NCBI GenBank assembly: GCA_045837725.1
Contig: JBEWZL010000300.1
Span: forward strand, 558,001-591,412
Source of the DNA: Vermamoeba vermiformis
Taxonomy: Eukaryota
Length of the DNA stretch: 33,412 bases
Direction: 5' to 3'
Positions 1-11,384 of this stretch are shown piece by piece; the first letter of the stretch is position 1, and each line of letters starts with the position of its first letter. The position numbers and the translations under genes were made by a program. The notes beneath the pieces are model-generated. The model did no database searches. It saw only the letters and a list, made by a program, of their open reading frames with translations, and had not been told where the DNA came from.

Positions 1-169
1 CTCCAGATCCAGATATGTATTATTATGCACTAGAAATACTCATCTTATTTTTCGTACATTTGATATGCTTAGATCGGCAGTTAGTGCACGCGTTGGAAGC
101 AACTGTAGTTCTTTGCTTCTTACGAGGTGGTTCCTCACTCGTATCAGTATCCTCGCGCTGCCGCGACAT
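1..169 (-). CDS. Partial gene (5' end): Zn(II)2Cys6 binuclear-cluster (Gal4-type) transcription factor
   Basis: Not in the ORF track. ATG at 169 reads MSRQREDTDTSEEPPRKKQRTTVASNACTNCRSKHIK(C): a basic NLS-like stretch, then C-x2-C-x6-C, the first half of a Zn2Cys6 motif. A probable gtacga intron donor follows and the gene runs off the window. Confidence 0.7.
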
Positions 170-297
170 ATTTCAAATAAATATCAACTAAAACAAGTCA
201 TTTGTTGTCTTCTGTCTGCTGAAATTAGCTTGAGTGAATCCACGACACAAAAATTGATAGTAACTGTACAGTTTATAATTACAAGAATGAAACAAAA

Positions 298-1090
298 CTA
301 TTTCTTAGCGGTATTCGTATTAGACGGTGCGCTAGTAGCTTCTTTAGTGGTAGACGAAGTTTGTTTTTTAGATTTGGCTTGAGCAGCTTGTGTAGCAGCT
401 TGTGTTAATTCTTCTGAAGGTTTAGCTAACAATTGTTTTTCCTTTTCTTCTTGTTGCGCTCGTTTTTCTTCTAATTTCACTGCGCGTTGCTTCAATTTCG
501 TCATCCGTTGGTTCATATTCGCCATTTCTTTCTTCAACGTTTGTAATTTGCTCATATAAAGCGGAATTTTCGCAAACTAAATACATTATAATATTAATAA
601 ATGCCTTAGCATTCCACTAGAACGAGTTTCAGATCTTGCAACACGTGATCTTGATTGCTTACCGCGTCAAACACTTCAGGATTATATGACTTTAATGCCT
701 CTACAAGTTGTTCATTTTCTTTAGTTAATTTATCGATCCAGTTTTGTTGGCTTTGGCTGTAAGAAAATTAGAAAAAAATAAATTAGAAAAAATCTTCAAA
801 TAATTGCAAATATTCTCTTACTCTAATTCCTCGATGTGTTTATTAATGTACTCAATAGGAACGTTGAAAGAGTCCATAAAGGCTTTTGTCAGATCCTCAA
901 TGGCATTTATGTCTATAATTAACCAGTTATTAATCCGCGCATTGATTCGCGCATTGATAACAAGATAATTAATTATTGAATATAATTATGTTGGTAAGAT
1001 TCCGGATTTGCACAAATAAAAAAATCTACCTGTTTGAGTTTGTTCAAGCACTTTTGCTTGATCTTCGATCGACTTATTAAGCTCTGCCAT
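298..1090 (-). CDS. BLOC1S6: BLOC-1 subunit 6 (pallidin)-like coiled-coil protein, 4 exons
   Basis: Spliced in frame by hand: MAELNKSIEDQAKVLEQTQT|DINAIEDLTKAFMDSFNVPIEYINKHIEEL|DQSQQNWIDKLTKENEQL...FDA|FAKIPLYMSKLQTLKKEMANMNQRMTKLKQRAVKLEEKR...EKEKQLLAKP. The C-terminal part resembles the pallidin motif Y..KL..I.KEM.......KLK.RA.KL...EKQL.A.P. Confidence 0.75.
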
Positions 1091-1280
1091 GATAATTATA
1101 TAGCGTTTGTAGTGTTCAATGACCGTTTCGTGCCAAGCTGCTTCCGGGGTTTTGGCTAGCAAAAATAAATGTTTTGACAACCAAATTCTGCGTGCTCGCT
1201 GGCCTTCTTCTTAGCTATACGTGTATTATTAGACAACAGTGTATTATATTTGTAAATTTATGGGCGATTAAATAAGCGAA

Positions 1281-4200
1281 ATGGAGCGACTAGAGGAACA
1301 ATTTTCGACCATCTTTCAAGATTTGTGCTTGATGGTCAATTTGGTGACTGAGTTCTTCGAGGAGCTCGTGCGAGATTCAGAAGATGTTACTTCACAATAT
1401 AATCAAGCGAAGAATAATATATTGGCTCAACTTGCCGACATCAAAAAAGTTTTTAGGATGCAGCCCAACCCTGACTTAAAACGGGCTGGAAAAACGGTAA
1501 GCAATATTTTATAATATTTATAATAATATTTTAAGCAAAATCTCGACGGTAACTCTTGCATAAAGTACGCAAGATTTTTTGAATCCTACCGTTGTACCCG
1601 ACAAAATTTTATCGTGAACTCGAGCACTAATATGACCAATACATCTATATTAATATTCTATTTCGTATTAAATCACAAAGTCTCGTTTCGGGCTTTTTTC
1701 TTGTTAGATTTACTTCACCAGCAATTCTAATGAAGCTGTATTACCTCACAATATTCTACGGTAAATCTAATATTACAATATTATATTTAGTTCGTTTCGA
1801 ATGTAGAAGCTTTCGTGCAGAATATTCAAGAGCATTTAGATCTGATCGACATCCCTACCGACTTTACCTCTTCGACTATGAACCAGTATTTAACATCTAT
1901 CGATATATCCATTAAAAATTGCGTGTCTCTTATTAGTGGACGAGGCGTAAGTATCTATTTAAAGGAGATCTCGGATCGCAACCTTGCGTAATCTTTTTGA
2001 CTTTAGTTAATTATTTTTTTAGAAATAACTCTATAATTATAATTTTTTATTAATATATTTCTCTTTTCAAATGATAGAGAAAGCTAGATTTTGAAGAAGA
2101 AGATTTGTACGAGATCCCGAATTACAGCCAAGTCGATGAAGAGGTCGAAAATGTTATTAGGGACCTATTACAAGATGCAAAAGAAATGACTAACACGCAG
2201 TTCACGTACAATTTTGACGCGCTCAACGAAATGATCGAAAATTCAGCGCAAATGATCGACATTACACTGGGCGATATCATAGCCAATCAGCCCTCGAGCG
2301 TGAATTCTCATTCAAACAATTCGAGCAACGGGTCACTTCCGACAAGCAACTCGGCATCACTGTTACAAGTGCCTGGTGTCAGTTCACCAACGAGTTTAAG
2401 TACCGCCAGCAACGGGGCCTCGAGTGCGCCCAGCACAGCTAACAATAGCGCCCAATCCTCGCCACAATTAGAGCGTGGTAGGAGTCAAGTGCAACTAGCA
2501 CAAAGGAGGTCTATTCCTAATTTACCACCGATCGATGCGATTATGAATCAACAAGGCGGATCTAGCACGAACCCCGTGCTGTCCCCGACATCAAATAATA
2601 ACGGAATGTCGCCAAAAATAGCAACACCGACGAGTCGAAGTCAGAGTCCAGGTAAGTTAACCATTACTAAATTTAGTAAGTCCTAACAATACCGCAGAAC
2701 CATCACTGCGGAGGTCGGTAGATAAACCTCCTTTGAGCAAAGTTCCATCGGTCCAAAAAGATTTAGCGAGTAGTCCTAAAACACCAAAAAGCGGCAATCC
2801 AGTCGTGACCACGACCAAACAACCGATCAAAATGGACAACGCGGCCATTCAGATCATGCGCAAGAAAGCACTCGATGAAGTTTTAAAATCCGAGTCTGAA
2901 TATGTAATATACTTAATTTTGGTTAACCAAGTAAGTACATTAGGCATCGATTATTATATAATGCTTATTATTATTTCTTTATTTAGAACTATTTACAACC
3001 GCTGAAGCAAGCTGCAGCAACGAAAAGAATTCCTATCACGGAAAAAGACGTCGCAGCATTGTTTTCATGCTTTGAAAGCGTTTGTAAATTTCACCAGAGC
3101 TTTTTGAAAGCACTCGAAATCAATTTTGCCAAGCACGCAACACCCGGTGAAGTGTTCAAGAAAATGGCGCCGATGATGAAAGTATACACGGGGTATATTG
3201 CGGATCAAGTACGAAGCACGGAGACTTTGCGGAAGTTTAGACGAAACACGAAAATTTCAAATTTCTTGGACGAATGCAAAGAAAAATCTGGTCAAGCGAA
3301 AGATTTGGAGGACCTACTTGACTTGCCTTATCAACGGCTCAATGTTTACGAAAATTTATTACAAGTACGTAGTTTAATTAAGCTCGGGACCTATTATTAA
3401 CGCCATACTATAGTCATTGATAAGTCTGACTGCTAAAGACCATCCTGATTACAAAACACTCGAGGAAGCGCAAAATGTCATTCACAGTGTCAACCAAGAA
3501 ATTCAAGAAAAAAATCGAGAACGAGAAGATCGAGGCAAAATTCTCGAGATCTCTAATAAGATCACGGGCATGCCTCCTCGCGTGGTACGTTGGAGCGAGT
3601 CTAAAAATAGCATTAGTATTTATTCCATATCAGGCACTTGTTGCTCCTCATCGCGTGTTTTTTAAAGAAGGCCAGTTGGAAATGAAACAATCTGATTGGA
3701 AGAAACAACGAGCCTCGTCATTCTTTGTATTTTTATTTAACGACATGGTATTAGTAACAAAAAAGCCAAGTAAGTACCGGATCTACTGCGCTTTGTACTG
3801 GATCTGATCGAACAATTTTTAGGCAAATTATCAACGTCAAGGAGGTTTGCAGTAGAAGCTATAATCAACTTACACGAGACACACTTGGACCATGGCGAAG
3901 AAGGTAATAATATATAATAGCACTAGTTCAAAAAAATTTTGAGATCCGATCGAGTACGGAAGCGGCGGAGTTTTGTGGTAGTATGGCAAGTAGTGACCCG
4001 AACACGATGCTGCAGTCGCTCATTTTTTCATTTTAATACCGCGCTGCTCTCGCAGCCCGTGGGTGAAATTTATTTAATGTCTAGCAATACAATATTACAT
4101 ATATCGACTTTCAACGCGCCCAGTTTGTTGTACTCCGCGTCGAAGCGAGCTCTGGCAGTACTAACGTACTGCGAGAGGGCTATTGGGTTTTCGCGGATGG

Positions 4201-6070
4201 CTTTGCGGGTCGCGTGAGCGATGCGTTGGCTGAGTATTGCGGACAGCGTGTTTGATATAGCCTTGGTGTAGTCGGATCGGATTTCGTCTGATGAGGGTCC
4301 TTCGTCAAAATGAAGCTTATAGATCGCGCGGCGGGTGAGCCAAAGTCTTGTTGATACGAGGATGAGGTCTAGGCCCGAGAAGTTGAGCGGGAGTATGTCG
4401 CTGGGCCTCCAATTGATGGGAGTCGTGGTGAGCTGACGATCGATGGCTGAACAGACTACGCTGACTTGAGATGCCGTAAAGCACTCAAACATCAGGTGGC
4501 AGTGAGTAATCTTCGTCTTGTGGTAGTTGCATTGCTCGTGGTGTTTGGGAGCATAGAAGTCCCGATGAAAGAAGCGGAACACGGCTGAGCGTTGATGACT
4601 CTTAGCGGGAGTGGTCGCGAGCTTGCCCCAGATGGTCGCCCAGTCGCAGCCATAGGAAGAGGTCCATTCCTGCTGGCCTGGTGTGGGGGCAAATTCGAGC
4701 GACTTGAGGAAGGGCCCGTAGATCTCCTTGAGTCTAGGGTAGTTGCCTGTGGTCACGGGGGCGTGCTTGGTGATCAGTGAGTACGAGGCAACTGAGTACT
4801 TCACAACATCAAAGTAAATGTGTTCGGCTTGGTAGTGGGCCAGCCACGGAGGCGAGTACAAGTCCTGGGGGTGCTGCTTAAGCGCCCTAATGTGAAGAGA
4901 GGCTAGTTGAGCCGGGCAGTCGCTCTCGGGCACGACCACACTAACAAGAATGCACCGCTTCCCGTCCGATCAGCGAAGTTAAGCTTGTTCAGGCCTTCTT
5001 AGTACTGGGGTAGGAGACTACCTGGGAATCGGAGGTGTTGTGCTCTTTACTTTTTGCTTTTAAACTTGCTGCTTCTCGCATTACACTTCTTTTTTGCAGC
5101 ATATATATTTTTTATGCTGGCTTATTGCAGTTTATTTTAGCTGATCCAAGTTTTCAAGATTGGCGAACCTATTTTTGTTTGATACTATTAGAACTTGCCT
5201 ACTACTAGACTAGTTTCTAACGTTTTTTTTTGTTTAGATCGCGTGGCGTTCTCGCTGTACGTGAGCAAAAAAGACATCTCGTACACGTTCTACGCTGAGG
5301 ACTACAACAAAAAAATGGAGTGGTTTGACACGATTGAGAAGTGCTTGCAAGGCTTGAAGAATGCACGATCAAAGTAAGTACAGTACAGTATAGTGTGCTC
5401 GGTTTGAAATTGTTGGGACTTTTTTTTCTTGCGGTGGATGTGCTAACAAGTCGAACAGGACGTTGGACAACAAAGGTGACGAAACAACAGCCACTAAACT
5501 TAAAATTAATCTGGTTGCCGGCAAGAACATGCTGCCTTCCTTATATGGTAAGTCAAACCGACGACAACTTTGAAAGTAGCTCGCACATCTAACTCTTCGG
5601 ATCTAGATCGAGCACACCTTGTAGTTATATTTAGAGTCGGTGAAAACGTGCTCGAAAGCAAAGTGAAGACAGCCAATGATATTTATGTCTGCAATCCGCT
5701 GTGGGACGAAGAATTCGTGATTGAAGTGTCGGATCCAAGCTCGGACATGTTGCGTGTCACAGTCAAAGATACGAGTTCAGATCGTATATTAGGCAAGACT
5801 AAGATCGTGTTATCCGATCTATATGAATACGTGCCTTCAGAGAAGTGGTACACATTGAAAGAAGCTGTCAATATTGAACGACCAGGCGAGATCTGTTTGG
5901 GTACGTAAATTCACTGGATCTGCTCGTAGAATTATAGGGCTAACAGTGCTTGCTTAGGCTTGACATTAGGAGAAGGTTTTCAATCAGCACAACCTGCGCC
6001 GCTAAAGTCTAGAGCGTCAGCGGTAAATATGGCCCAAAACAACAGAAAAATTAAAGCGAAAGACAAGTAA
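1281..6070 (+). CDS. RhoGEF with DH, PH and C-terminal C2 domains and a Ser/Asn-rich N-terminal linker; multi-exon
   Basis: DH motifs (RKKALDEVLKSESEYV; LLDLPYQRLNVYENLLQ; TAKDHPDYKTLEEA), PH motifs (RVFFKEG; FLFNDMVLVTK; YAEDYNKKMEWFDTI) and C2 motifs (NPLWDEEF; VTVKD...ILGKTKI). The last exon ends ...KAKDK-TAA at 6070. Exon boundaries between about 1500 and 2080 are less certain. Confidence 0.88.
4012..4021. repeat. Left copy of the 10-bp target-site duplication GCAGTCGCTC
   Basis: Exact match to 4916-4925; directly abuts the element's A-rich tail. Confidence 0.88.
4022..4915 (-). mobile_element. 5'-truncated non-LTR retrotransposon (L1/Tx1/TRE-like ORF2 C-terminus, 3' UTR and A-rich tail)
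   Basis: Open frame to TAA at 4070 containing W..IW.KL....K...R...FRFFH...CNYH......H.HLMFEC..A, a zf-RVT/CCHC-like C-terminal region of L1-clade ORF2. Visibly more GC-rich than the intron flanks. Short 3' UTR ends in TAAAATGAAAAAAT. Flanked by the direct repeat GCAGTCGCTC. The RT and endonuclease domains are absent. Confidence 0.82.
4916..4925. repeat. Right copy of the 10-bp target-site duplication GCAGTCGCTC (positions -12 to -3 of the 5S gene)
   Basis: Exact match to 4012-4021; the bases on either side differ between the two copies. Confidence 0.88.
4928..5046 (+). rRNA. 5S ribosomal RNA gene (119 nt, full length)
   Basis: GGGCACGACCACAC...CCCGTCCGATCAGCGAAGTTAAGC...GGCC...TTAGTACTGGGGTAGGAGACTACCTGGGAATC...GTGTTGTGCTCT. 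The 5' GGGCACGAC pairs with the 3' GTTGTGCTC (helix I). Box A-like AGTTAAGC and box C-like GGAGACTACCTGGGAA are present. Confidence 0.95.
5046..5055 (+). terminator. Pol III oligo(T) terminator of the 5S gene
   Basis: TTTACTTTTT immediately after helix I. Confidence 0.75.
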
Positions 6071-6141
6071 CGAAGAAAATATGCGCTTGTATTCGTAGTA
6101 TTAAAACTTATTTATTCTATTGACATAAGAGGTCTATAGTA

Positions 6142-9100
6142 TTAATAATCGTAAAAGAACGGACTAACACGCTGTTCATTAACGCGCTTGAAAAAGTCGC
6201 AGTAGCGTGATGTAGACCCCTGCAAGACTTCCAAATTTGGAAAACGCCTCACGAAGATCGGTTCGCAAGCTGAGATCAATGAGTATATGAATAGCATATA
6301 ATCAATACAAGCACTTACCGTCAGTGACCGTAAAAGCGTAATCAATCACCAAATACTTCAAATTCGGACAGCATTCAGCCAGATAGAATATCGGCCAATC
6401 GCTTTGGGTTTGCAGACCACTTGATGACAAGTTTCTTATCTTCGTCAAACCTGTGTGAACCACCATTCGGCTACAAGATCCGTTAGACTCAGTTATGCTA
6501 GCGTGTGCACGTGACTTACTTCCAACTTTCTTCCTGCGAGCATGGTGCGTACAAGTACAAGTCGGTCAAGTCTGTGCACTTTTCTAAAATCAGCCCGAAG
6601 TCAATCTGTTTGTGGACTACAGGCGGTGGTGGAGGTGCTGGTGCCGGGTTGTTATTGACTTGTTGTTCTTGATTGTTCGCCGGTGGTGCATTTTGAGCAT
6701 TATTGTTCGCGTCGTTATTGTTATTCTGGCCTTCTTGTGCTGCATTGTTGTCGCCAGGCTGTTGAGCGCCATTATTATTATTGTTTTGCGCTGCTTGGTT
6801 GTTGTTATTTTGAACTTGATTGTTGTTGTTTTGAGCTTGATTGTTGTTATTCTGCGCTTGATTGTTATTGTTCTGTTGTTGCTGATTTGCTGGATTTTCT
6901 TCATCAGAAACAACAAACAGATCTAAATCTTGAATCTTCTTGCAGTGTTCGAGAATGGTGTAGGCGTCCGAAATGGTAATCTACGAATAGCCACATTAGG
7001 TCGTGATCGTTACTAACGGTATTATTATTATTCATCCTTACCCTAGAAAGTTCCAATTTGACGAGGTTAACGCACCGCACGAGAGGTGAGTAATTGACGT
7101 AAAAATTCCTCTGTTGGTCCCGGCCTAATCAATTAAAGTTAACAATGCATACGAAGAGTTAATCCATATCAATTGGTCCTTACTGTGCAAGGCACGCAAT
7201 GTCGTGCCTAACTGAGCAATGCCTTGCACAATAGCGTTGGTCACAGGCTTAACGTCCAACTTTAATTTTTGAAGCTTAGTGCAGTGCGAGGTCACCGTAT
7301 GGAGGAACTGATCGGACCCTGCAATGAGCATCGTTAGATTTTGTTCACAGATTGATTTTAATCGTACCATCGGTAAGATCACCGGACTTCACAATTGCAA
7401 AATTGGTCAAGTTGGTGCACGAAGAAATGCCGAAATAAGGTCCGTTAAAGCCTATTTCGCCTGTGTGCAATACTTTCAACGACCGCAAGTTCTTGCAGTA
7501 GTCGCCAATGTAATCGTGAATGTCTCGGTCAAAGTTACTGATCTCGCTGCCTTCAAGTTTGAAGCTTTCAAAAGTTCCAAATCGCTTGAACAGCTCGTCA
7601 TATTCAGCATTGGATAGCCGTCCAAAGAGCCATTCGCCTTCCAACTTGACTTTGCGCAGCTTAGGACACGCGTCAAATATGCCGTACAGCATCTTCTTGA
7701 GCACTAACGACGTGACATTCTCGTTCTCATTGGAGTGATATAACTGCACCGAAGTGAGATTCGGACAGCGCTTGAATACGCCAACAATGAGGTCGGAAAT
7801 GAGGTCGTGTTGCACGTCCTCAGGGAATCCAACGTCGATCGTTAGATGTTGCAATGATGTGCTGCCCGACTGCATCACGGAGTCGAGGTCAACCATCCAC
7901 TTGCGCGGGTCAGGTTTCTTGACCTGTTTGACTTTCTTCTTCTTCCAAGGCTTCTTTGGGTTAGCAGGGGCAGGCTGAGGTTGTTCGGGGTTCAATTCTC
8001 CGTCTTTGACTGCTTGGACTTTAGCTCGCTTCCAAGGAATGATGCGGTAGACCCTCAGTGACGTCAAATTCGTGTTTTTCTGGAACACTCCTCCGAGCCA
8101 CGAGACGGGATGGTCTCGATAAATGTTATAAATGTCAAGTTCTTTCAAGCTAGTGCACAAGCGCGGAATATCAAAGGTGGAATTGTAGATCTCGTCACTC
8201 ACGTTGCACGTTTCCACTTTAAACTTCTCTATCATGTGCATTTTATGCGCGATATCGGCGAAGAAGGAAGGCTTGTCCTGATGACGTTCCCACATGCGCC
8301 AAGTGATTGACACGACCAGTTCACTCCACAACAACTTCTGCTTGTCCACGATCATTTGAATGCTCTTGGACGTGGCTGCGAAATGGCGCAAGTCCCGTTT
8401 GTTCAGCTTGATGAGAATCAAGTTGATCAGCTCGCTTAAGAGAGGCAGTCGCTCAATCAAGCCAATCCTCTTTCGCTCGTGGTCGTCAAGCTCTTGACTG
8501 GACACTGGTTGGCCACGCTTTTGCAATCGTTCTTTACGTTCTTGCTTAACATGGCCTTTGGATTTGAGATGTGCTTGTAAGCTAAATACGCATTAGTAAA
8601 GAATTCACGGAGCTACATTGATTCAAGGGACATACCTCACAGCAGAAGTGAACTTCTTGTCGCACAACAAGCACTCGAATTCTTTCTTATTTGGTGAAGC
8701 GTGCTCGGGAGGCTTAACGGCATCGTCAGAACTTGTTTTCAGCGATAAAATGGGCTCCTGTTCTTCAACTGTTGTATAGTCTCCATTGTGCCCTACAAGT
8801 GCAATTAGGCGAGCTTGACCTTCGCGACGATCGTTTAATTATATATACCTTGCGCTTCACGCTCGTGCAACTCATTAATGTAAGCCAGTTGCTCTTTGGT
8901 CAAGTTTTCTTGACTAGCTCCAGCATCCAACAAGACTCGAATGATTTTATCGCGTGAGAACTTATCGGCTGCTAAAAATTCTTCGCGGTACTTGCAGTCA
9001 CTATTGAACGAGGTAAGTCCGATTATCGAGTCTTGTATTCCTCAAGCCACTGCTACTTACTCAGACAAGATGATTTGCAGCAGCGTCAAATTGTTCGGTC

Positions 9101-10183
9101 CTTGCGTGCTGTTGAAACAAATGAGGGATCATTGCGCGCTACCATTCGATGCCAAGTCTTACCTGTTAACATCAGCCTTGCCACGAAGTATCAGTTCTTT
9201 GACAGCATCAGCGTGCACGTGCAGCACAGCGAGGCCAAGAGCGGTGTAATTCAACTTGTCACGCACTTCAGTTTGCTGCCAAAATGACGCAGGACTGTAA
9301 TTTGGATCCACCAACACATGAATTACCGCCGCATATCCGAATCGAGCAGCAATATGTAATGCATTGCCGTAATCTGACAGAAGAATCAAGTTGTGCGGTG
9401 AATGGCTCTGAGGACGGCAACATTAGCCATTGCCAAGTGTCATATTGGCACGTACCTTAACAAAAGGATTTTGTAGCAAGAACCGACATGCCTCCACTCT
9501 ATTGTGCAATGCGGCAATGTCTATTGGCTTGCGGTGTGTCTCCGTAGTTTCATTCGTCCAGTCCGTGTCTTTGCCAGTGTTTATCTTGCTGTAGTTTTCA
9601 AGGACCTAAATATCATAAGCAACCAAATATCACATTAGAACTTCATTAGGTACGCACTTGCACATGTCCCAGACGCGCAGCAACCGATAAAGGAGTAGGT
9701 TCACGCTGCAGAGCTTTGCCAATTAATCCTCTGCTAGGGCTTAGTCTGGGCAAGGCCAGTTTGAATCCACTAAGCGCCGCAAAGTATTCTAAATTCCTGT
9801 TATTCGATGGCTATTAGTACACGCAAGTAAATATCGCAATAAGACTTACACGTCGTAGAAGTTGTACATCGTTAGGTTGGTCCCTTGGTTGTAGTTTTTA
9901 ACAATTGTAAAGAGATCTTCATCGTTGTAAAGTACGGCCCATTCTACAGGCGACAGCTCCCCAAACAAGGGGTGTTTAATAGGAAAGGAAACTGTTTACG
10001 AGAATAGATCAGCACGTGTTAAATCCAGTGCCCGAATAATTTAACCAACTTACTTCCATAAAAACGAGTCTCACGACGAGTAGCTCGTCGCATTAACTCT
10101 TCGATGTACACAGTGCAACCGTGAGTATCGCCGTTAGTCAGGTACTCCTTAATTTTATCGTGGACTTCTTTCTCGTTCGCCAT
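6142..10183 (-). CDS. Ankyrin-repeat + C2H2 (zf-met/jaz-type) zinc finger + F-box + leucine-rich-repeat protein with a Gln/Asn-rich insert; multi-exon
   Basis: ANK motifs (NALHIAARFGY; TALGLAVLHVHADAVKELI; IIRVLLDAGA) splice in frame to FECLLCDKKFTSAVSLQAHLKSKGH, then an F-box (LPLLSELINLILIKLNKRDLRHFAATSK) and LRRs (CPNLTSVQL, CPKLRKVKL, CKNLRSLKV, CCPNLKYLVI). Last exon ends ...FFYDY-TAA at 6142. ATG at 10183 (MANEKEVH). Exons between about 9400 and 10050 were not fully resolved. Confidence 0.8.
6650..6890 (-). repeat. Coding low-complexity Gln/Asn region with about 4 imperfect 21-nt repeats (QNNNNQA/V)
   Basis: Minus strand reads NQQQQNNNNQAQNNNNQAQNNNNQVQNNNNQAAQNNNNNG...; the plus strand shows repeated ttgttgttatt units. 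Confidence 0.85.
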
Positions 10184-10612
10184 TATTCTGAATATTTTAA
10201 CCAAAATTATTTCCTATTCTACGTATGTTTTGTAATGATAATGTTATAAATTTCTACTTACCTGAATTATTCTGATTTTTCTCTTGGTTGAATTCTGGAT
10301 TTGTGGTTGATTCTTTGATACCAAATTGTGTTCGCGATGGTATTTATATATATAATCGTTATTGTTTATTATGGTGCCTATATAGGCCTCGCGTTTAGAG
10401 TTGCATTGTTGTGGATCGTTGCTCCACAAAAATTTGAATAAACCGTTTTCTTTCGTTCTCATAAGATTCTTGGCCTTGAAGTGTCTGACACCTCATATGG
10501 GCTCCATTTTATCGAACTAATGTTGCGGATTATTTGCCAGGCACCGTAAAGAAGCCAAGCAGCAAGAGAAAGTGGTTCGCGAGCGAGCGCCGGTTCTAGC
10601 TGTTCGTGGTAT

Positions 10613-11313
10613 TTATAAATCGTCATCGAGCTCCTGTATGAGCCATAATAATTAACGATGGAATTGTTTATAACCAAGTTTGATACGTACCAGATGAGGA
10701 TTGGTGCCATACTGATCGATACCTTGTTCCTCGATCTCACCGAGCAGCTTAATTAACTCCTTATTCTCAAATGCAAAGTCATTGTCCTCCTCGCTGCTAT
10801 CACTGTGCTCCTAAGTATAGAGTTAGAACGCTGACATCCACGTTGCAATCAGAGTTCTGCGCACCTTTCCCTCATTCATGTAATCTGCGATAATATTATT
10901 AATATTCCATTGATTAGATTGATCCTTACTTACCATAAATATCAAGTTCCACGACGGGAGTTTCAGATTTTGAAAATTCAACGTAGCTGGTTTCATCGAG
11001 TTTAGTTCCATTAGGCAAGTATATTTTGTCTCTCTAATTAAACAATGTGTTATTTAAATGAGGCCAGATATGCAATAAGCTTCATAATAAAAAGATTTTC
11101 AGATCACTGAGGTTCAAATCTTTACATACCACTACTTCAGCCGGGATCATGAATTCATTAGCAAGCATTAATATCATTTTATCGAACGTAGCCTCATTTT
11201 TAAATTTGTGAGAGGTCTGTGGATTTGTGTTTTTAACTCGAGCAATCAAAATGTTCTAGGAACGCCAATGAGCATACTTCTTTACAATAATTTATAACAA
11301 TTACCTGCGCCAT
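10613..11313 (-). CDS. Small acidic hypothetical protein (about 125 aa, 6 exons)
   Basis: Not in the ORF track as one ORF. Canonical introns join MAQ|NILIARVKNTNPQTSHKFKNEATFDKMILMLANEFMIPAEVV|RDKIYLPNGTKLDETSYVEFSKSETPVVELDIY|DYMNEGK|EHSDSSEEDNDFAF...GTNPHL|ELDDDL* in consistent phase. Confidence 0.55.
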
Positions 11314-11384
11314 TTAAATATTTAAGCCTGCTTAAATTGGTTAAGTGTTTGTTGCGTGTTGATCGGATCTTTTGCAAATTAATA

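Larger units (their letters stand above)
3904..5237 (+). other. Unusually long (1334 nt) spliceosomal intron in the RhoGEF PH domain, containing a LINE fragment and a 5S rRNA gene
   Basis: Donor GAAG|gtaata at 3904 and acceptor tttag|AT at 5237. Joining gives in-frame ...HGEE-D-RVAFSLY.... Most neighbouring introns are about 50-100 nt. Confidence 0.88.

Noticed and set aside
3975-4005. A-box-like TGGTAGTATGG and B-box-like GTTCGGGTC as a tRNA gene
   Set aside because: The motifs are on opposite strands and no cloverleaf can be drawn.
4916-4939. ORF-track start (MVVPESDC) of the 289-aa ORF as a real N-terminus
   Set aside because: These codons are antisense 5S sequence plus the TSD; the element is 5'-truncated at 4915.
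4022-5046. A 5S-derived SINE (SINE3-like chimera of 5S head and LINE tail)
   Set aside because: The 5S and the LINE are on opposite strands, and the TSD brackets only the LINE, leaving the 5S outside.
3922-5215. ACTAGTT near both ends of the long intron as a TSD for a mobile 5S cassette
   Set aside because: Only 7 bp in AT-rich sequence; could easily be chance.
6612-6979. Hydrophobic or Cys-rich ORFs at 6612-6926, 6683-6979 and 6617-6916
   Set aside because: Antisense or off-frame shadows of the Gln/Asn repeat exon.
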